A DNA stretch of 64,000 nt, from assembly GCA_965644295.1 (NCBI GenBank), contig CBFFRP010000527.1, positions 1 to 64,000 of the forward strand. Direction: 5' to 3'. Below are positions 23,039 through 35,080 of the stretch, piece by piece; position 1 is the stretch's first letter, and each line of letters begins with the position of its first letter. Source of the stretch: Paraphysomonas bandaiensis. Taxonomy: Eukaryota > Protista > Chrysophyceae. Under the pieces are notes generated by a model. That model was not told the DNA's origin, searched no databases, and saw only the letters and a list, made by a program, of their open reading frames with translations. The position numbers and the translations under genes were made by a program.

Positions 23039-23971
23039 TCATAACCGCGTCTTCTGCTGCAGCGAAGAACAATACTTTGATATAGAATACTTAAAGCATT
23101 TGTAATCTACTTCCAGTAAAATGCACAGCGCCTTTAGGTATATAGGTTCTTCTCTTAAAACTTGCCAGAATATATCCCGACTATGAAACGGGTCGTCAGA
23201 TGTAACATGATGTACAAGCGGCGCAAAAGTCATGTTTATATGATACATACTATTTATTTTTGTCCAGTCATCCTGAAACTGTTCCAGCTTGCCGACATAT
23301 GTTGGACTATACTTGGTCAAAATACCAGACTGGGGGTACAGATGCATGACACTGTGTATACTTTTAGCAATAGGTAACTGACAATCCAGAAATTGCTCTA
23401 TTTGTTCTTTAACTTTTGATCTTGATATTTCTGAGACCGGCCCGTGCTGCTTTAACCACCAGTGGTACTCAGTTAAACCGGCAGCGAAGTGCTCTAAGGG
23501 TTCTCGAACAAAAGTAAATGACGGAACATCTCGAAAATCACTAAAACCAAAGTTTCGAAGCATTTGCTTCGATGCTATTAAAACATTTGACGTATTATAC
23601 ATGTATAAATTTCCACTGCTTCGTAATTGATTCGCAGCCAAATTAGCCTTTATATTCATGCTTCCTCCTTTATAGTTGCTAATGTATTGAACTGGAACAC
23701 CACTAATATTATATAACATAGAACCATGGTGTGTAGTAAAAACTTTTAATGGTGAGTAGTAGCAGTGTGTTCCACAAGAACATGTTGTCCTTTTATCTAA
23801 GCTTAGTACACGCCGAGCATTTTCCCATATCTGAAGCTGCATGTTGGAATCAGATAATGCATATCGACAATACTCAGCATCATTTAAATTCGAATATTTC
23901 ACAACAGGTGATGATATAAATGTCTGAATGTTAAGAAAGAGAACTAAATACTGAACAGGAGAGTATCTCAT
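23039..23971 (-). CDS. Golgi-type carbohydrate sulfotransferase (Sulfotransfer_2-like)
   Basis: N-terminal hydrophobic segment; 5'-PSB-like YISNYKGGS; 3'-PB FTFVREPLEHF; HLYPQ; YVGKLE; DYKCFKY. First ATG at 23971. Confidence 0.82.
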   Translation of the reverse strand: MRYSPVQYLVLFLNIQTFISSPVVKYSNLNDAEYCRYALSDSNMQLQIWENARRVLSLDKRTTCSCGTHCYYSPLKVFTTHHGSMLYNISGVPVQYISNYKGGSMNIKANLAANQLRSSGNLYMYNTSNVLIASKQMLRNFGFSDFRDVPSFTFVREPLEHFAAGLTEYHWWLKQHGPVSEISRSKVKEQIEQFLDCQLPIAKSIHSVMHLYPQSGILTKYSPTYVGKLEQFQDDWTKINSMYHINMTFAPLVHHVTSDDPFHSRDIFWQVLREEPIYLKALCILLEVDYKCFKYSISKYCSSLQQKTRL

Positions 23972-24653
23972 ATAAGTTTTCTTCACTACACCGTGTTGTT
24001 ATGTGATATAAGAGTGTTATAGTGTCAATCTAATGGGAATCTAATCATATGAAGATGTCTTTTATCATTGAGCTTATTGCTGACAATGAACTACAATCAT
24101 TGTAATATAATCACTAATAAAATCAATATATCTTTATTGTCTATCCTTCATATGAAACTATCATCTCTTAACTATACTATACAGAGAGATCACTGACAAT
24201 AATATACACCACCCAGCGTGATAGCAGTGTGCCTGGTCGAGATCGGAGATGTACATCAGTGTCGTAGTACATACATGTACGATTCTCTGCTGTATTGTGT
24301 ATAGTGTATATATAGATACAAAGTACTGTATACTGTACTGTATATGGGTGTCCACATATTGTATTTCAATAATACAGTTACGGTATTCCAATATAGACAT
24401 CTAGGAATTCCTAATACAGTGAAGTATTTATATCGTGTAGTCTATCAGTAGTCCCTGTATATGTGACTGCAAAAGATATTGACGGTTTCTTTTTTTTTGT
24501 CTATACAATTAGCGTAATATACCAGCAGAGATGGTCACACAGTTATTGTCAGTACAGTGTGCCCGAACCATTGAGAGAGAGTATTAAAAGGATCAGATAT
24601 AGAAGTTATTATATCAATCATTCACCTACTCATCTTATAGTGTAGTAGGTATA

Positions 24654-25772
24654 ATGCAAGAAAAGTTTTCATACTCTTCGCAGCCTCATGCTGCTCCAGT
24701 AAAACGTCGTCCTAAATATAGAAATGAAAATGATCCAGGGCCCCCAGAGCCCTTTGATGGTAATGGAAGTTTAAACATGATGCATGATCCAAGAGTAGTT
24801 AGAGGAAACACATATGCAGCCAAGGTTATGACTACATACTCAAACCAGGAGCAAATGCAGTTACAAAAGGAAAATTCTCGTAGAATTAAGCAAGATTCTG
24901 CAAAGAGAAGAAACACTGCCACAGTACGAGTAAACACACCACCTGCAGTGGATGGACGTACCAATACGACAATGCAAACTGAAAATTACCTTGAAGAGCT
25001 TACCGACAGACCTATTGAAGTTGATTCTGAGACACAAACTCAGGCATATATGGATAGGCCGGTGTCCCCATTATTCGTAGCAACGAAGACTGGGATCGAT
25101 GAACAGACTCAAATCGAACCTGGCGATTTATTTGATTTTGACTTAGAAGTAGAACCTATTCTCGAAGTATTAGTGGGGAAAACTATTCACGTCTCTATGC
25201 TTGAGCTAATGCAAGAAGAAGAGTTGGAAAATATCCGCCGTGAGCAAGAAGAATTCGAGGCTGTGCGAAACATTGAGTTAGCAGAAGTGCAAAGACTTGA
25301 AGCTGAGGCACGCCGAAAGACTCAAGAGAAAGATCGACGCATTGCGCAGGAGAAACAACGAGTACAGGACCGTATTGAGTTGGAAGAAAAGATTGCGGCT
25401 AGGGCATTCTCTAGTCAGTATTTATCCACGATGCATGATGGTATTATGAGCGATCTTATGGATGATGGCTTCTTTTACGACCCTGTCAAGAAAGAAATTG
25501 AAGACAGTATAATGCTGGAGCAAATATCTGGCTTACGTGATCGTGTGGAGTGTTATGACATAGCGCAAGGTCTTCTAGAAGAACTTATTATTGATGCCGG
25601 AGTGATGGCCAAGGAATTTCAAGATCGGGCAGAGGCTGCACGGAATGCTCGCAAGGAGCGTGAGCGCAAAGAAGCAGAAGCTGCTGCGAAAGCAAAAGCA
25701 GCTGAAGAAGCTGCAAAACGAGCGGCCGAGGAGGCAGCTGCAGCTGCGGAAGCTGCTGCGGAAGAAGAATAG
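24654..25772 (+). CDS. RSPH3: Radial spoke protein 3
   Basis: NMMHDPRVVRGNTYA, TPPAVDGR, QTENYLEELTDRP, GDLFDFDLEVEPILEVLVGKT, then coiled coil. Confidence 0.95.
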   Translation: MQEKFSYSSQPHAAPVKRRPKYRNENDPGPPEPFDGNGSLNMMHDPRVVRGNTYAAKVMTTYSNQEQMQLQKENSRRIKQDSAKRRNTATVRVNTPPAVDGRTNTTMQTENYLEELTDRPIEVDSETQTQAYMDRPVSPLFVATKTGIDEQTQIEPGDLFDFDLEVEPILEVLVGKTIHVSMLELMQEEELENIRREQEEFEAVRNIELAEVQRLEAEARRKTQEKDRRIAQEKQRVQDRIELEEKIAARAFSSQYLSTMHDGIMSDLMDDGFFYDPVKKEIEDSIMLEQISGLRDRVECYDIAQGLLEELIIDAGVMAKEFQDRAEAARNARKERERKEAEAAAKAKAAEEAAKRAAEEAAAAAEAAAEEE

Positions 25773-26443
25773 CCCATTCTAGTACTTTCTGATGGACGGC
25801 CTTTATAGCCATCGTCTTTGTTTTTATACTTCTGTCGTGTAGCACATATAAAACGTGAAATTTTCGGCATATATATTCTGAATGAGTGCTGTTGTGTAGC
25901 TTTTGGTAATAAATTATTTATATATTCGTCGTCAATAGGAACTATGCTTCTGGTTATTACAACCCGAAATGTAATTTGTTGCTAATATATTCATATATTC
26001 TATGAAAAACGAGAAGAAATATTTCACACATAATCGTACACTGATCAGACAAAAGCGCATAAATTGAAAATTGAAGTATATGTTAAATATGTAGCCTGTT
26101 CGTTTTATCATTCTGCCCTAAGAATGGTAGAATAGCTTTGCCATATCTTCTAGCTTTGTTTGTATACTATCCACTATCATGACAGGCTTGTATTAATTCT
26201 TCAAATCTACCTGACGCCACGCACAAAAAAATATGCCGGGATTTAATAAGATCGCTGCATAGCTTAGTTTAATCAACACTATAACTACATGATAATTGGG
26301 CGCGCCCTCAGAACAGGGCAAAACTTATACAAAGTACGACCAAAATTCGCTATCAGTATGTATTATATATATTAGGAACGATAGTCCTCGCTTATCAATT
26401 TGATATAATGATACAGTATCCGAGGTTCGACTTCCAGGCCAGG

Positions 26444-27571
26444 TCAAACGTCAAATGGCTCGTAGGTAAAGGATGCAAGTAAACCTAAGTGGTCAGATAC
26501 TGGGCAAAATGATGCCGATCCTTGAGTTCCATGAAACCAGTCACAACTGTAAGCTTCGATTAGATTCAATCCTCTTTTGTTGCTTAAATGCCGGAGAGGA
26601 AGTCTATCTCCTGATTCTGCTCTTATGGGGCTCGATACAACAGGTTCTGAGTAGGAAGCATCTTGCGATGCCGGTGTGTACCATATATGATCTATAGTGT
26701 CATTACCGATTCCGCCCGGCCACGTAGCCTTCCACAAACCACAACTGAGCTGTTGTACCCTTAACCGAAACTTGCTGGGAGTGCGCCTAAAGCTCTTGAA
26801 GGTGCCACTGCTAGTTTCAGTCACATTCTCTAAGTCACCAAATAAACTACTCATCTCTTCATAAGATCCAGTGAAGCTTTGTGATTTGCGCTCCGGGGAT
26901 AAATTAAAATCTCCACATAATATAACGTCATGGGATGCATTGCATTTCAAAGAGGCGATGCGAGATTGTAACTGATGTAGCTGCCAAGACTTCGACAACG
27001 CACTGCGGGAGTCAAGATGGGTGCCCAATACATGTACACTATGACTATCAGATACAGGAAGTTGTATGCCTACAAGTCCTTTCGTATTCACTCTCTCTTC
27101 AGTGCAATCAAAATTTTCCGAAAATGAGCTCTTAAAAGGAATCCGTGAGAATATTATCAGGCCACTGTTTTGACCGAACACAGACGGTAGTGATTCAGCA
27201 GGATTCGTATGATACGAAAACCCAATTTTAGTCATGCCCTTGGTTAGGTTTGATAATTCGGAGCACAGTACAATAGGTCCAATTCGAAATAGAAACGCTT
27301 CTTGTATAACAACAACATCTAAATCAGAACATTCTTTCACATTTTCAAGAAATATATCGATTCTTTTCTTCTTATTAGGAGCTGGAACTAAGTAATGTAA
27401 CCACAGATTATGTGTTAGTATATTTAAAGTCTTGATATTATGTGAAGATACTGGTTGATTAGGAATCCCACTGCCCAGTAATGTTAAAGCTTCATACTGA
27501 GCATTCCTCTGCTTGATGAAACATACTACAGCAGCTGATATACCCCCACATACAAGAAATATACCTGACAT
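26444..27571 (-). CDS. Endonuclease/exonuclease/phosphatase (EEP) family protein, neutral-sphingomyelinase-like, N-terminal anchor
   Basis: ILTHN, DVVVIQE, NSGLIIFSR, TKG, GTHLD, LCGDFN, IDHIW, SDH. Confidence 0.88.
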   Translation of the reverse strand: MSGIFLVCGGISAAVVCFIKQRNAQYEALTLLGSGIPNQPVSSHNIKTLNILTHNLWLHYLVPAPNKKKRIDIFLENVKECSDLDVVVIQEAFLFRIGPIVLCSELSNLTKGMTKIGFSYHTNPAESLPSVFGQNSGLIIFSRIPFKSSFSENFDCTEERVNTKGLVGIQLPVSDSHSVHVLGTHLDSRSALSKSWQLHQLQSRIASLKCNASHDVILCGDFNLSPERKSQSFTGSYEEMSSLFGDLENVTETSSGTFKSFRRTPSKFRLRVQQLSCGLWKATWPGGIGNDTIDHIWYTPASQDASYSEPVVSSPIRAESGDRLPLRHLSNKRGLNLIEAYSCDWFHGTQGSASFCPVSDHLGLLASFTYEPFDV

Positions 27572-27680
27572 AATTCACTACAATAAAATGTTATAATAAC
27601 TTTTCGTGTTTGATTGAGATCATGAAATGAACCTGATCTTAAGCAGATACGCATGTGATCGTAAGGGCATCATATCAATA

Positions 27681-30600
27681 CCTATAACGAAAGAAAATCG
27701 GCCCCCTCAAAAAAATCGGCCCCCCCTTTTCATCATCATTTTCCCACCCCCCCTTGAACTGATATGCACATACATACATGACATTAACTCCAACACCACA
27801 ACTAACCACAACATACACCAATACAATCAGACACATACACGCTATCTTTACAATGGAGTATGTCAACATTATATGCAGCCATTTTTACCATCACACCCTG
27901 TGTCTCGAGTGATTAGACAGAGGAGCCCTGCGTCCTCAGGATGGCTATTGATCGCTATATGCAGAGCAGTGGGATACATTAACCACTACTGAGACTCTAT
28001 ATTCAACTTACTACTGCAGACAAAGTGTTTGGAGAGGTGAGAGGGTGTGGGAGGGTCACGTATCATCTCTGTGGCTTGGATTCTGTGCCGGTCAGTATTT
28101 GTCCATAGGGAGGAGGGGTCCATACAGTGCACATCAGGTCATACATTCACCAGAAATTTGAAATGCGCCAAAATAATATGCCATATCGATGCTACCTTGT
28201 CACCATCCGAGTCAGCTTATCAGTGTCGGAACCGACTTATCGAATGGAAGATAAGCGATATTTATTTGGTAGAAAGAGATTTGGCGCTTTATGGGCTTCC
28301 TTGTGCGTTGTACAATGATTAATGTTGCAAATACCCTTGACTAGCTTGTTGGTTGCAGGCACCCCATGGTAGGGTGCTGTAGGGTCACAGCAAGCAGTGT
28401 TCACTCATGTCATATATGTAGGATACCTAATATATTGCACTCATTCAGCTTTATTGGGGTCTTGTTACATCTACAATGCCATTGTTGCCATACTTGTCGA
28501 TTTAAATGGGCTTTACGGCGAGTGCAGCTGATGATTGTTGAAAGTCTTTGTTGGCTATTCTCAAGACTTTGTCCCGAACTATCTCTCCACGCGACTTGTG
28601 TGAATGTGTATGTTTTATGTCTATACATATATATTACCTTTGTATGTACTTTATATGCACATGTGTGTACTACGTTTCCCTTATGTTTACTAGGTTTATA
28701 TGGGTGTACGAGGTTTATTATATATATTACCTACAATGCTTCATATAAGCGTCAGTGTTCGAATATATGTACTCTTGACTTATGTATGAGAATATGTTAC
28801 CTGTGTGTTTTTGTATGCATATATATACGAGCGTTCTGAATGTATGTGTATCTGTGTGTTGTCATGTAGATATTTATAATAATAATATGATATCGTTATA
28901 GTCGATGTGAACTTGCTTGTATAAGTACTAGTCATAGTAAAGTAGCTATATATATATGTAGATCTTAAATACAACGATTGGCAGTATGTGTTTACAAGAA
29001 GTATAGGTATAAGGTATAAGTTAGCTTATCACACAAGTGTCTAAATCTAAACTACGAAGGAGTACAGTAGCTGATTTATATTGACAGAAGTAGTGTACTA
29101 TTCCAAGTTATACGTGGGCTAGCATCGAGGTATTTGCTGGAATAATTACATACATAACAAGACAGTATACTATCAAACCACACATATACCGGCATGAATT
29201 TATAAGCAAATATTAGAATATTAGTCAAGTGGTTATGGTTATCTAGTTTCAAAATAGCAATCAATAGACGATAACAACCTAGGAATTATAAGCACACTAT
29301 CAGTACTCTCGCCACTAAACAGATTAGTTGGGAATATGTGCGAACAATAGCATACAACTACGCAATGGTACAACGAACTATTGAATGTCCTTAAATCGAA
29401 TTAGTCATTTTAAGTTCAAGTGCTCCTGGTTTTAGGAGCAGCTAGAACTGATAGAGCATGTACAATTTGTCTCCGCCTATCAAAGTAATATCAGCTCTAC
29501 GTTTCGATTAAGACTCTGATTTTCTTTTTAAAGTGTCAAGTTCTTTCATTTGTTGCTCTTTACAGCGCATCTTCTGCCTTTTTTATTCTTTTCCTTTCTG
29601 CTTTATAGCTGTTGCTGTCTTGAAACCTTTATACGAATATTTTCTTCATCCACATGTATTCTATAATGAACTTAAGATCTCCAGAAGCCATCTCCGCTTT
29701 GTATCTTTCAACAACTACTTCATGATTAACACTCTTTGACTAAAGTTCAACATGCGTGAGATTATTATGACAAATGATGGTAGTACCAGGTTTATTAAAT
29801 ACCACCCTCAACCAACTCTCTATGTGCTGCGCGACAACGAAGTGTGACATAAACGAAAACACAAGAAATTCAGTCAAACATTACATCTACCACTTCATCC
29901 AGTATTATCACTGAAAACGTAATACTTAAACCACTAAAACATTGCGTAGTTGTATGCTATTGTTCGCACATATTCCCAACTAATCTGTTTAGTGGCGAGA
30001 GTACTGATAGTGTGCTTATAATTCCTAGGTTGTTATCGTCTATTGATTGCTATTTTGAAACTAGATAACCATAACCACTTGACTAATATTCTAATATTTG
30101 CTTATAAATTCATGCCGGTATATGTGTGGTTTGATAGTATACTGTCTTGTTATGTATGTAATTATTCCAGCAAATACCTCGATGCTAGCCCACGTATAAC
30201 TTGGAATAGTACACTACTTCTGTCAATATAAATCAGCTACTGTACTCCTTCGTAGTTTAGATTTAGACACTTGTGTGATAAGCTAACTTATACCTTATAC
30301 CTATACTTCTTGTAAACACATACTGCCAATCGTTGTATTTAAGATCTACATATATATATAGCTACTTTACTATGACTAGTACTTATACAAGCAAGTTCAC
30401 ATCGACTATAACGATATCATATTATTATTATAAATATCTACATGACAACACACAGATACACATACATTCAGAACGCTCGTATATATATGCATACAAAAAC
30501 ACACAGGTAACATATTCTCATACATAAGTCAAGAGTACATATATTCGAACACTGACGCTTATATGAAGCATTGTAGGTAATATATATAATAAACCTCGTA

Positions 30601-31626
30601 CACCCATATAAACCTAGTAAACATAAGGGAAACGTAGTACACACATGTGCATATAAAGTACATACAAAGGTAATATATATGTATAGACATAAAACATACA
30701 CATTCACACAAGTCGCGTGGAGAGATAGTTCGGGACAAAGTCTTGAGAATAGCCAACAAAGACTTTCAACAATTATCAGCTGCACTCGCCGTAAAGCCCA
30801 TTTAAATCGACAAGTATGGCAACAATGGCATTGTAGATGTAACAAGACCCCAATAAAGCTGAATGAGTGCAATATATTAGGTATCCTACATATATGACAT
30901 GAGTGAACACTGCTTGCTGTGACCCTACAGCACCCTACCATGGGGTGCCTGCAACCAACAAGCTAGTCAAGGGTATTTGCAACATTAATCATTGTACAAT
31001 GCACAAGGAAGCCCATAAAGCGCCAAATCTCTTTCTACCAAATAAATATCGCTTATCTTCCATTCGATAAGTCGGTTCCGACACTGATAAGCTGACTCGG
31101 ATGGTGACAAGGTAGCATCGATATGGCATATTATTTTGGCGCATTTCAAATTTCTGGTGAATGTATGACCTGATGTGCACTGTATGGACCCCTCCTCCCT
31201 ATGGACAAATACTGACCGGCACAGAATCCAAGCCACAGAGATGATACGTGACCCTCCCACACCCTCTCACCTCTCCAAACACTTTGTCTGCAGTAGTAAG
31301 TCGAATATAGAGTCTCAGTAGTGGTTAATGTATCCCACTGCTCTGCATATAGCGATCAATAGCCATCCTGAGGACGCAGGGCTCCTCTGTCTTATCACTC
31401 GAGACACAGGGTGTGATGGTAAAAATGGCTGCATATAATGTTGACATACTCCATTGTAAAGATAGCGTGTATGTGTCTGATTGTATTGGTGTATGTTGTG
31501 GTTAGTTGTGGTGTTGGAGTTAATGTCATGTATGTATGTGCATATCAGTTCAAGGGTGGGTGGGAAAATGATGATGAAAAGGGGGGGCCGATTTTTTTGA
31601 GGGGGCCGATTTTCTTTCGTTATAGG
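27681..31626. mobile_element. Foldback-type non-autonomous element: 1687-bp inverted arms (27681-29367, 29940-31626) around a 572-bp spacer
   Basis: Mirror ORF coordinates sum to 59307; only about 5 substitutions seen between arms. Termini CCTATAACG.../...CGTTATAGG with a doubled subterminal AAAATCGGCCCCC; AATA on both flanks. Confidence 0.9.
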
Positions 31627-31945
31627 AATACAGCAGAGCGAGTATCATTCCAAACTGAGTCAGAAAACTGAAAATATACTATCGCTTAAAGATTGTGTAC
31701 AGAATGTTCACGAATATTTTTTTCGCCAAAGAACAGAACATCGAACTTCGACTTCATCATGTATGACAAACAAGAGTGTTATTCATACATAATTCCATCC
31801 ATCACACTGTCAGATATACATATACAACACGACACATATGCTATATATATGTACCCTCTATGAACCATCTGTTAGTAGTAGAAACATATCAGTGACAACT
31901 CTAACATCTCTTGCTATGTTTTGATTGAAACTACCTCTTGTTTCC

Positions 31946-33745
31946 GGTTATACAAAGTCGGTGTGTAGTGATATTATTATCGATGATAGTTTCGTGTATC
32001 CCCTTGTGGAAACCCATGTGTATCAGATACTGACACGACATCCTTATCTATATTCTTGGAGCCTCCTCTGTATCTTCATGATGATTCTGGTTATACAAAG
32101 TCGGTGTGTAGTGATATTATTATCGATGATAGTTTCGTGTATCCCCTTGTGGAAACCCATGTGTATCAGATACTGACACGACATCCTTATCTATATTCTT
32201 GGAGCCTCCTCTGTACCTTCATGATGATTCTGGTTATACAAAGTCGGTGTGTAGTGATATTATTATCGATGATAGTTTCGTGTATCCTCTTGTGGAAACC
32301 CATGTGTATCAGATACTGACACGACATCCTTATCTATATTCTTGGAGCCTCCTCTGTATCTTCATGATGATTCTGGTTATACAAAGTCGGTGTGTAGTGA
32401 TATTATTATCGATGATAGTTTCGTGTATCCCCTTGTGGAAACCCATGTGTATCAGATACTGACACGACATCCTTATCTATATTCTTGGAGCCTCCTCTGT
32501 ACCTTCATGATGATTCTGGTTATACAAAGTCGGTGTGTAGTGATATTATTATCGATGATAGTTTCGTGTATCCCCTTGTGGAAACCCATGTGTATCAGAT
32601 ACTGACACGACATCCTTATCTATATTCTTGGAGCCTCCTCTGTACCTTCATGATGATTCTGGTTATACAAAGTCGGTGTGTAGTGATATTATTATCGATG
32701 ATAGTTTCGTGTATCCTCTTGTGGAAACCCATGTGTATCAGATACTGACACGACATCCTTATCTATATTCTTGGAGCCTCCTCTGTATCTTCATGATGAT
32801 TCTGGTTATACAAAGTCGGTGTGTAGTGATATTATTATCGATGATAGTTTCGTGTATCCTCTTGTGGAAACCCATGTGTATCAGATACTGACACGACATC
32901 CTTATCTATATTCTTGGAGCCTCCTCTGTATCTTCATGATGATTCTGGTTATACAAAGTCGGTGTGTAGTGATATTATTATCGATGATAGTTTCGTGTAT
33001 CCTCTTGTGGAAACCCATGTGTATCAGATACTGACACGACATCCTTATCTATATTCTTGGAGCCTCCTCTGTATCTTCATGATGATTCTGGTTATACAAA
33101 GTCGGTGTGTAGTGATATTATTATCGATGATAGTTTCGTGTATCCTCTTGTGGAAACCCATGTGTATCAGATACTGACACGACATCCTTATCTATATTCT
33201 TGGAGCCTCCTCTGTACCTTCATGATGATTCTGGTTATACAAAGTCGGTGTGTAGTGATATTATTATCGATGATAGTTTCGTGTATCCTCTTGTGGAAAC
33301 CCATGTGTATCAGATACTGACACGACATCCTTATCTATATTCTTGGAGCCTCCTCTGTACCTTCATGATGATTCTGGTTATACAAAGTCGGTGTGTAGTG
33401 ATATTATTATCGATGATAGTTTCGTGTATCCTCTTGTGGAAACCCATGTGTATCAGATACTGACACGACATCCTTATCTATATTCTTGGAGCCTCCTCAG
33501 TATCTTCATGATGATTCTGGTTATACAAAGTCGGTGTGTAGTGATATTATTATCGATGATAGTTTCGTGTATCCTCTTGTGGAAACCCATGTGTATCAGA
33601 TACTGACACGACATCCTTATCTATATTCTTGGAGCCTCCTCTGTACCTTCATGATGATTCTGGTTATACAAAGTCGGTGTGTAGTGATATTATTATCGAT
33701 GATAGTTTCGTGTATCCCCTTGTGGAAACCCATGTGTATCAGATA
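31946..33745. repeat. 143-bp tandem array, about 12.6 copies
   Basis: ORF starts recur every 143 bp; units differ at only two recurrent C/T sites and one singleton. Confidence 0.97.
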
Positions 33746-34169
33746 GGCGAGATGATAGATTATTTCGACTGTAGTCTCCTTTACGGGCGTATATTCCAGT
33801 AGTGCTTGCTTTAGGCTTTCCCCTTTTGCTGTGCATAGTGTGGGTGAGGTAGAGTACGTCTTCTTTTTTCGCTGTGATAGAGATTTTTCCTGGCAGCTAT
33901 GGATAGCGGGTAGAGTTGGTGTAGGTGTGGTGAACTTAGTTCAGAAGCTTATTGCTTAGCTAGGTAGTTACGGCGACAGGCACACGTACTACTGCGCAAC
34001 ACACTTCTCATCTAGGTAAGTCAGAGTAGCTTCTCTTCCAACGCGTGTTTTTAAACACGGCTAAAAGCGGAAATTACATATTAATGGCATTTCTGGCCTG
34101 TCCACCTCAATAGGCGTCAAGAATCATCACCAGTTAAGTACCGAGATATACTTCTCATATCCAACTATG

Positions 34170-35080
34170 TAAAGCTACGGAAGCTGCTTGTGCGTTGCCG
34201 CAAGCACCAAGGTGCGACGCCTTCCGTTCTTGTATGTAATGGAGAACACCGATCAATATAGTGGCCCTATTATAATCCTATTCGTACAAAACATAACGCT
34301 GGTAGTGAATGTCTAATTATTAGCAATAGACTACAACCTGCGACAATTGACAATTAATTGATACGTAGCCCTGTAACCTGCAATAGGCGTATAAGAGTCA
34401 GAACTAATTTAGCAAAACATTTTAACTAACTAGTGCTTAACTCTCTGATATTGAAAGTCTTATTATTAGCAATAGGTGTTAAAAACCTACACCAAATTAG
34501 TAGCTAGATGAATGCTAGACAAACTAGTTAGACCTCTACCTGTAACTAATCAGTACACACTTTTTTTATCCTACTATTTAACGCTACGGAAGCTGCTTTT
34601 GCATCGCCGCAAGCACCAAGGTGCGACCACTTCCGCTCTGAGTTCTTAAGGTGAACATCCCTGATGCTTGACTTCAGCAGGCAGCCCAATACCCCGGATG
34701 CCCTTGAAGTGGGCCCATTCCCGGATGCCTGTTTATTCGTCAGGGCCCAAAGACGTCTACACAAGTGACACTTATTGGTGTCCCTTGTCCCTTGTACCAC
34801 ACAAGCATTCGGCTATGAGTGGGCAGAAGAATATCTGCTGACAATGTTTGCGGCTCACGTTAGTTTCCCAGGGAGAATCTCTCCCCCAGAACACTACGAA
34901 AAGGTGCGAGTCCGACTTTGTTGAGGGGCTTAACTCTCTGATATTCTATTACTTAGCGCTATGAAAGCGTGCGTTACCGCAAGCACCATGTGTAACCACT
35001 TTCGCTTTTTGTCCATAGGGGGAACTAGCCCGGAAACTTGATATCAGTAGGCATCCCAAATCCCAATACCCCGGATGTCT
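34170..35080 (+). repeat. Cluster of tandem partial copies of a dispersed repeat family (also at 57.5-60.1 kb)
   Basis: GCTACGGAAGCTGC...GCAAGCACCAAGGTGCGAC near 34172, 34582 and (diverged) 34957; about 34640-34927 closely matches 58515-58837. Confidence 0.85.

Noticed and set aside
26400-26445. GGTTCGACTTCC as a tRNA T-loop
   Set aside because: No acceptor, D or anticodon stems can be formed around it.
27627-31671. Paired ORFs in the foldback arms as genes or a transposase
   Set aside because: Short, biased by TATG-rich DNA, no DDE or other motif; they are mirrored only because of the inverted repeat.
32078-32176. Array unit as a C/D snoRNA (ATGATGA...CTGA, with 9-10 nt complementarity to U2 and SSU rRNA)
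   Set aside because: No terminal stem; the D+5 rule does not land on the modified positions I know; matches this short are expected by chance.
31946-33745. 143-bp array as a CRISPR array or coding repeat
   Set aside because: No variable spacers and no cas genes in a eukaryotic context; 143 is not a multiple of 3, and the 87-aa ORFs are by-products of the repeat.
34700-34830. Hammerhead ribozyme in the dispersed family (CTGACGA on minus) or in the satellite
   Set aside because: No stem II followed by GAAA and no stems I/III in the required arrangement.
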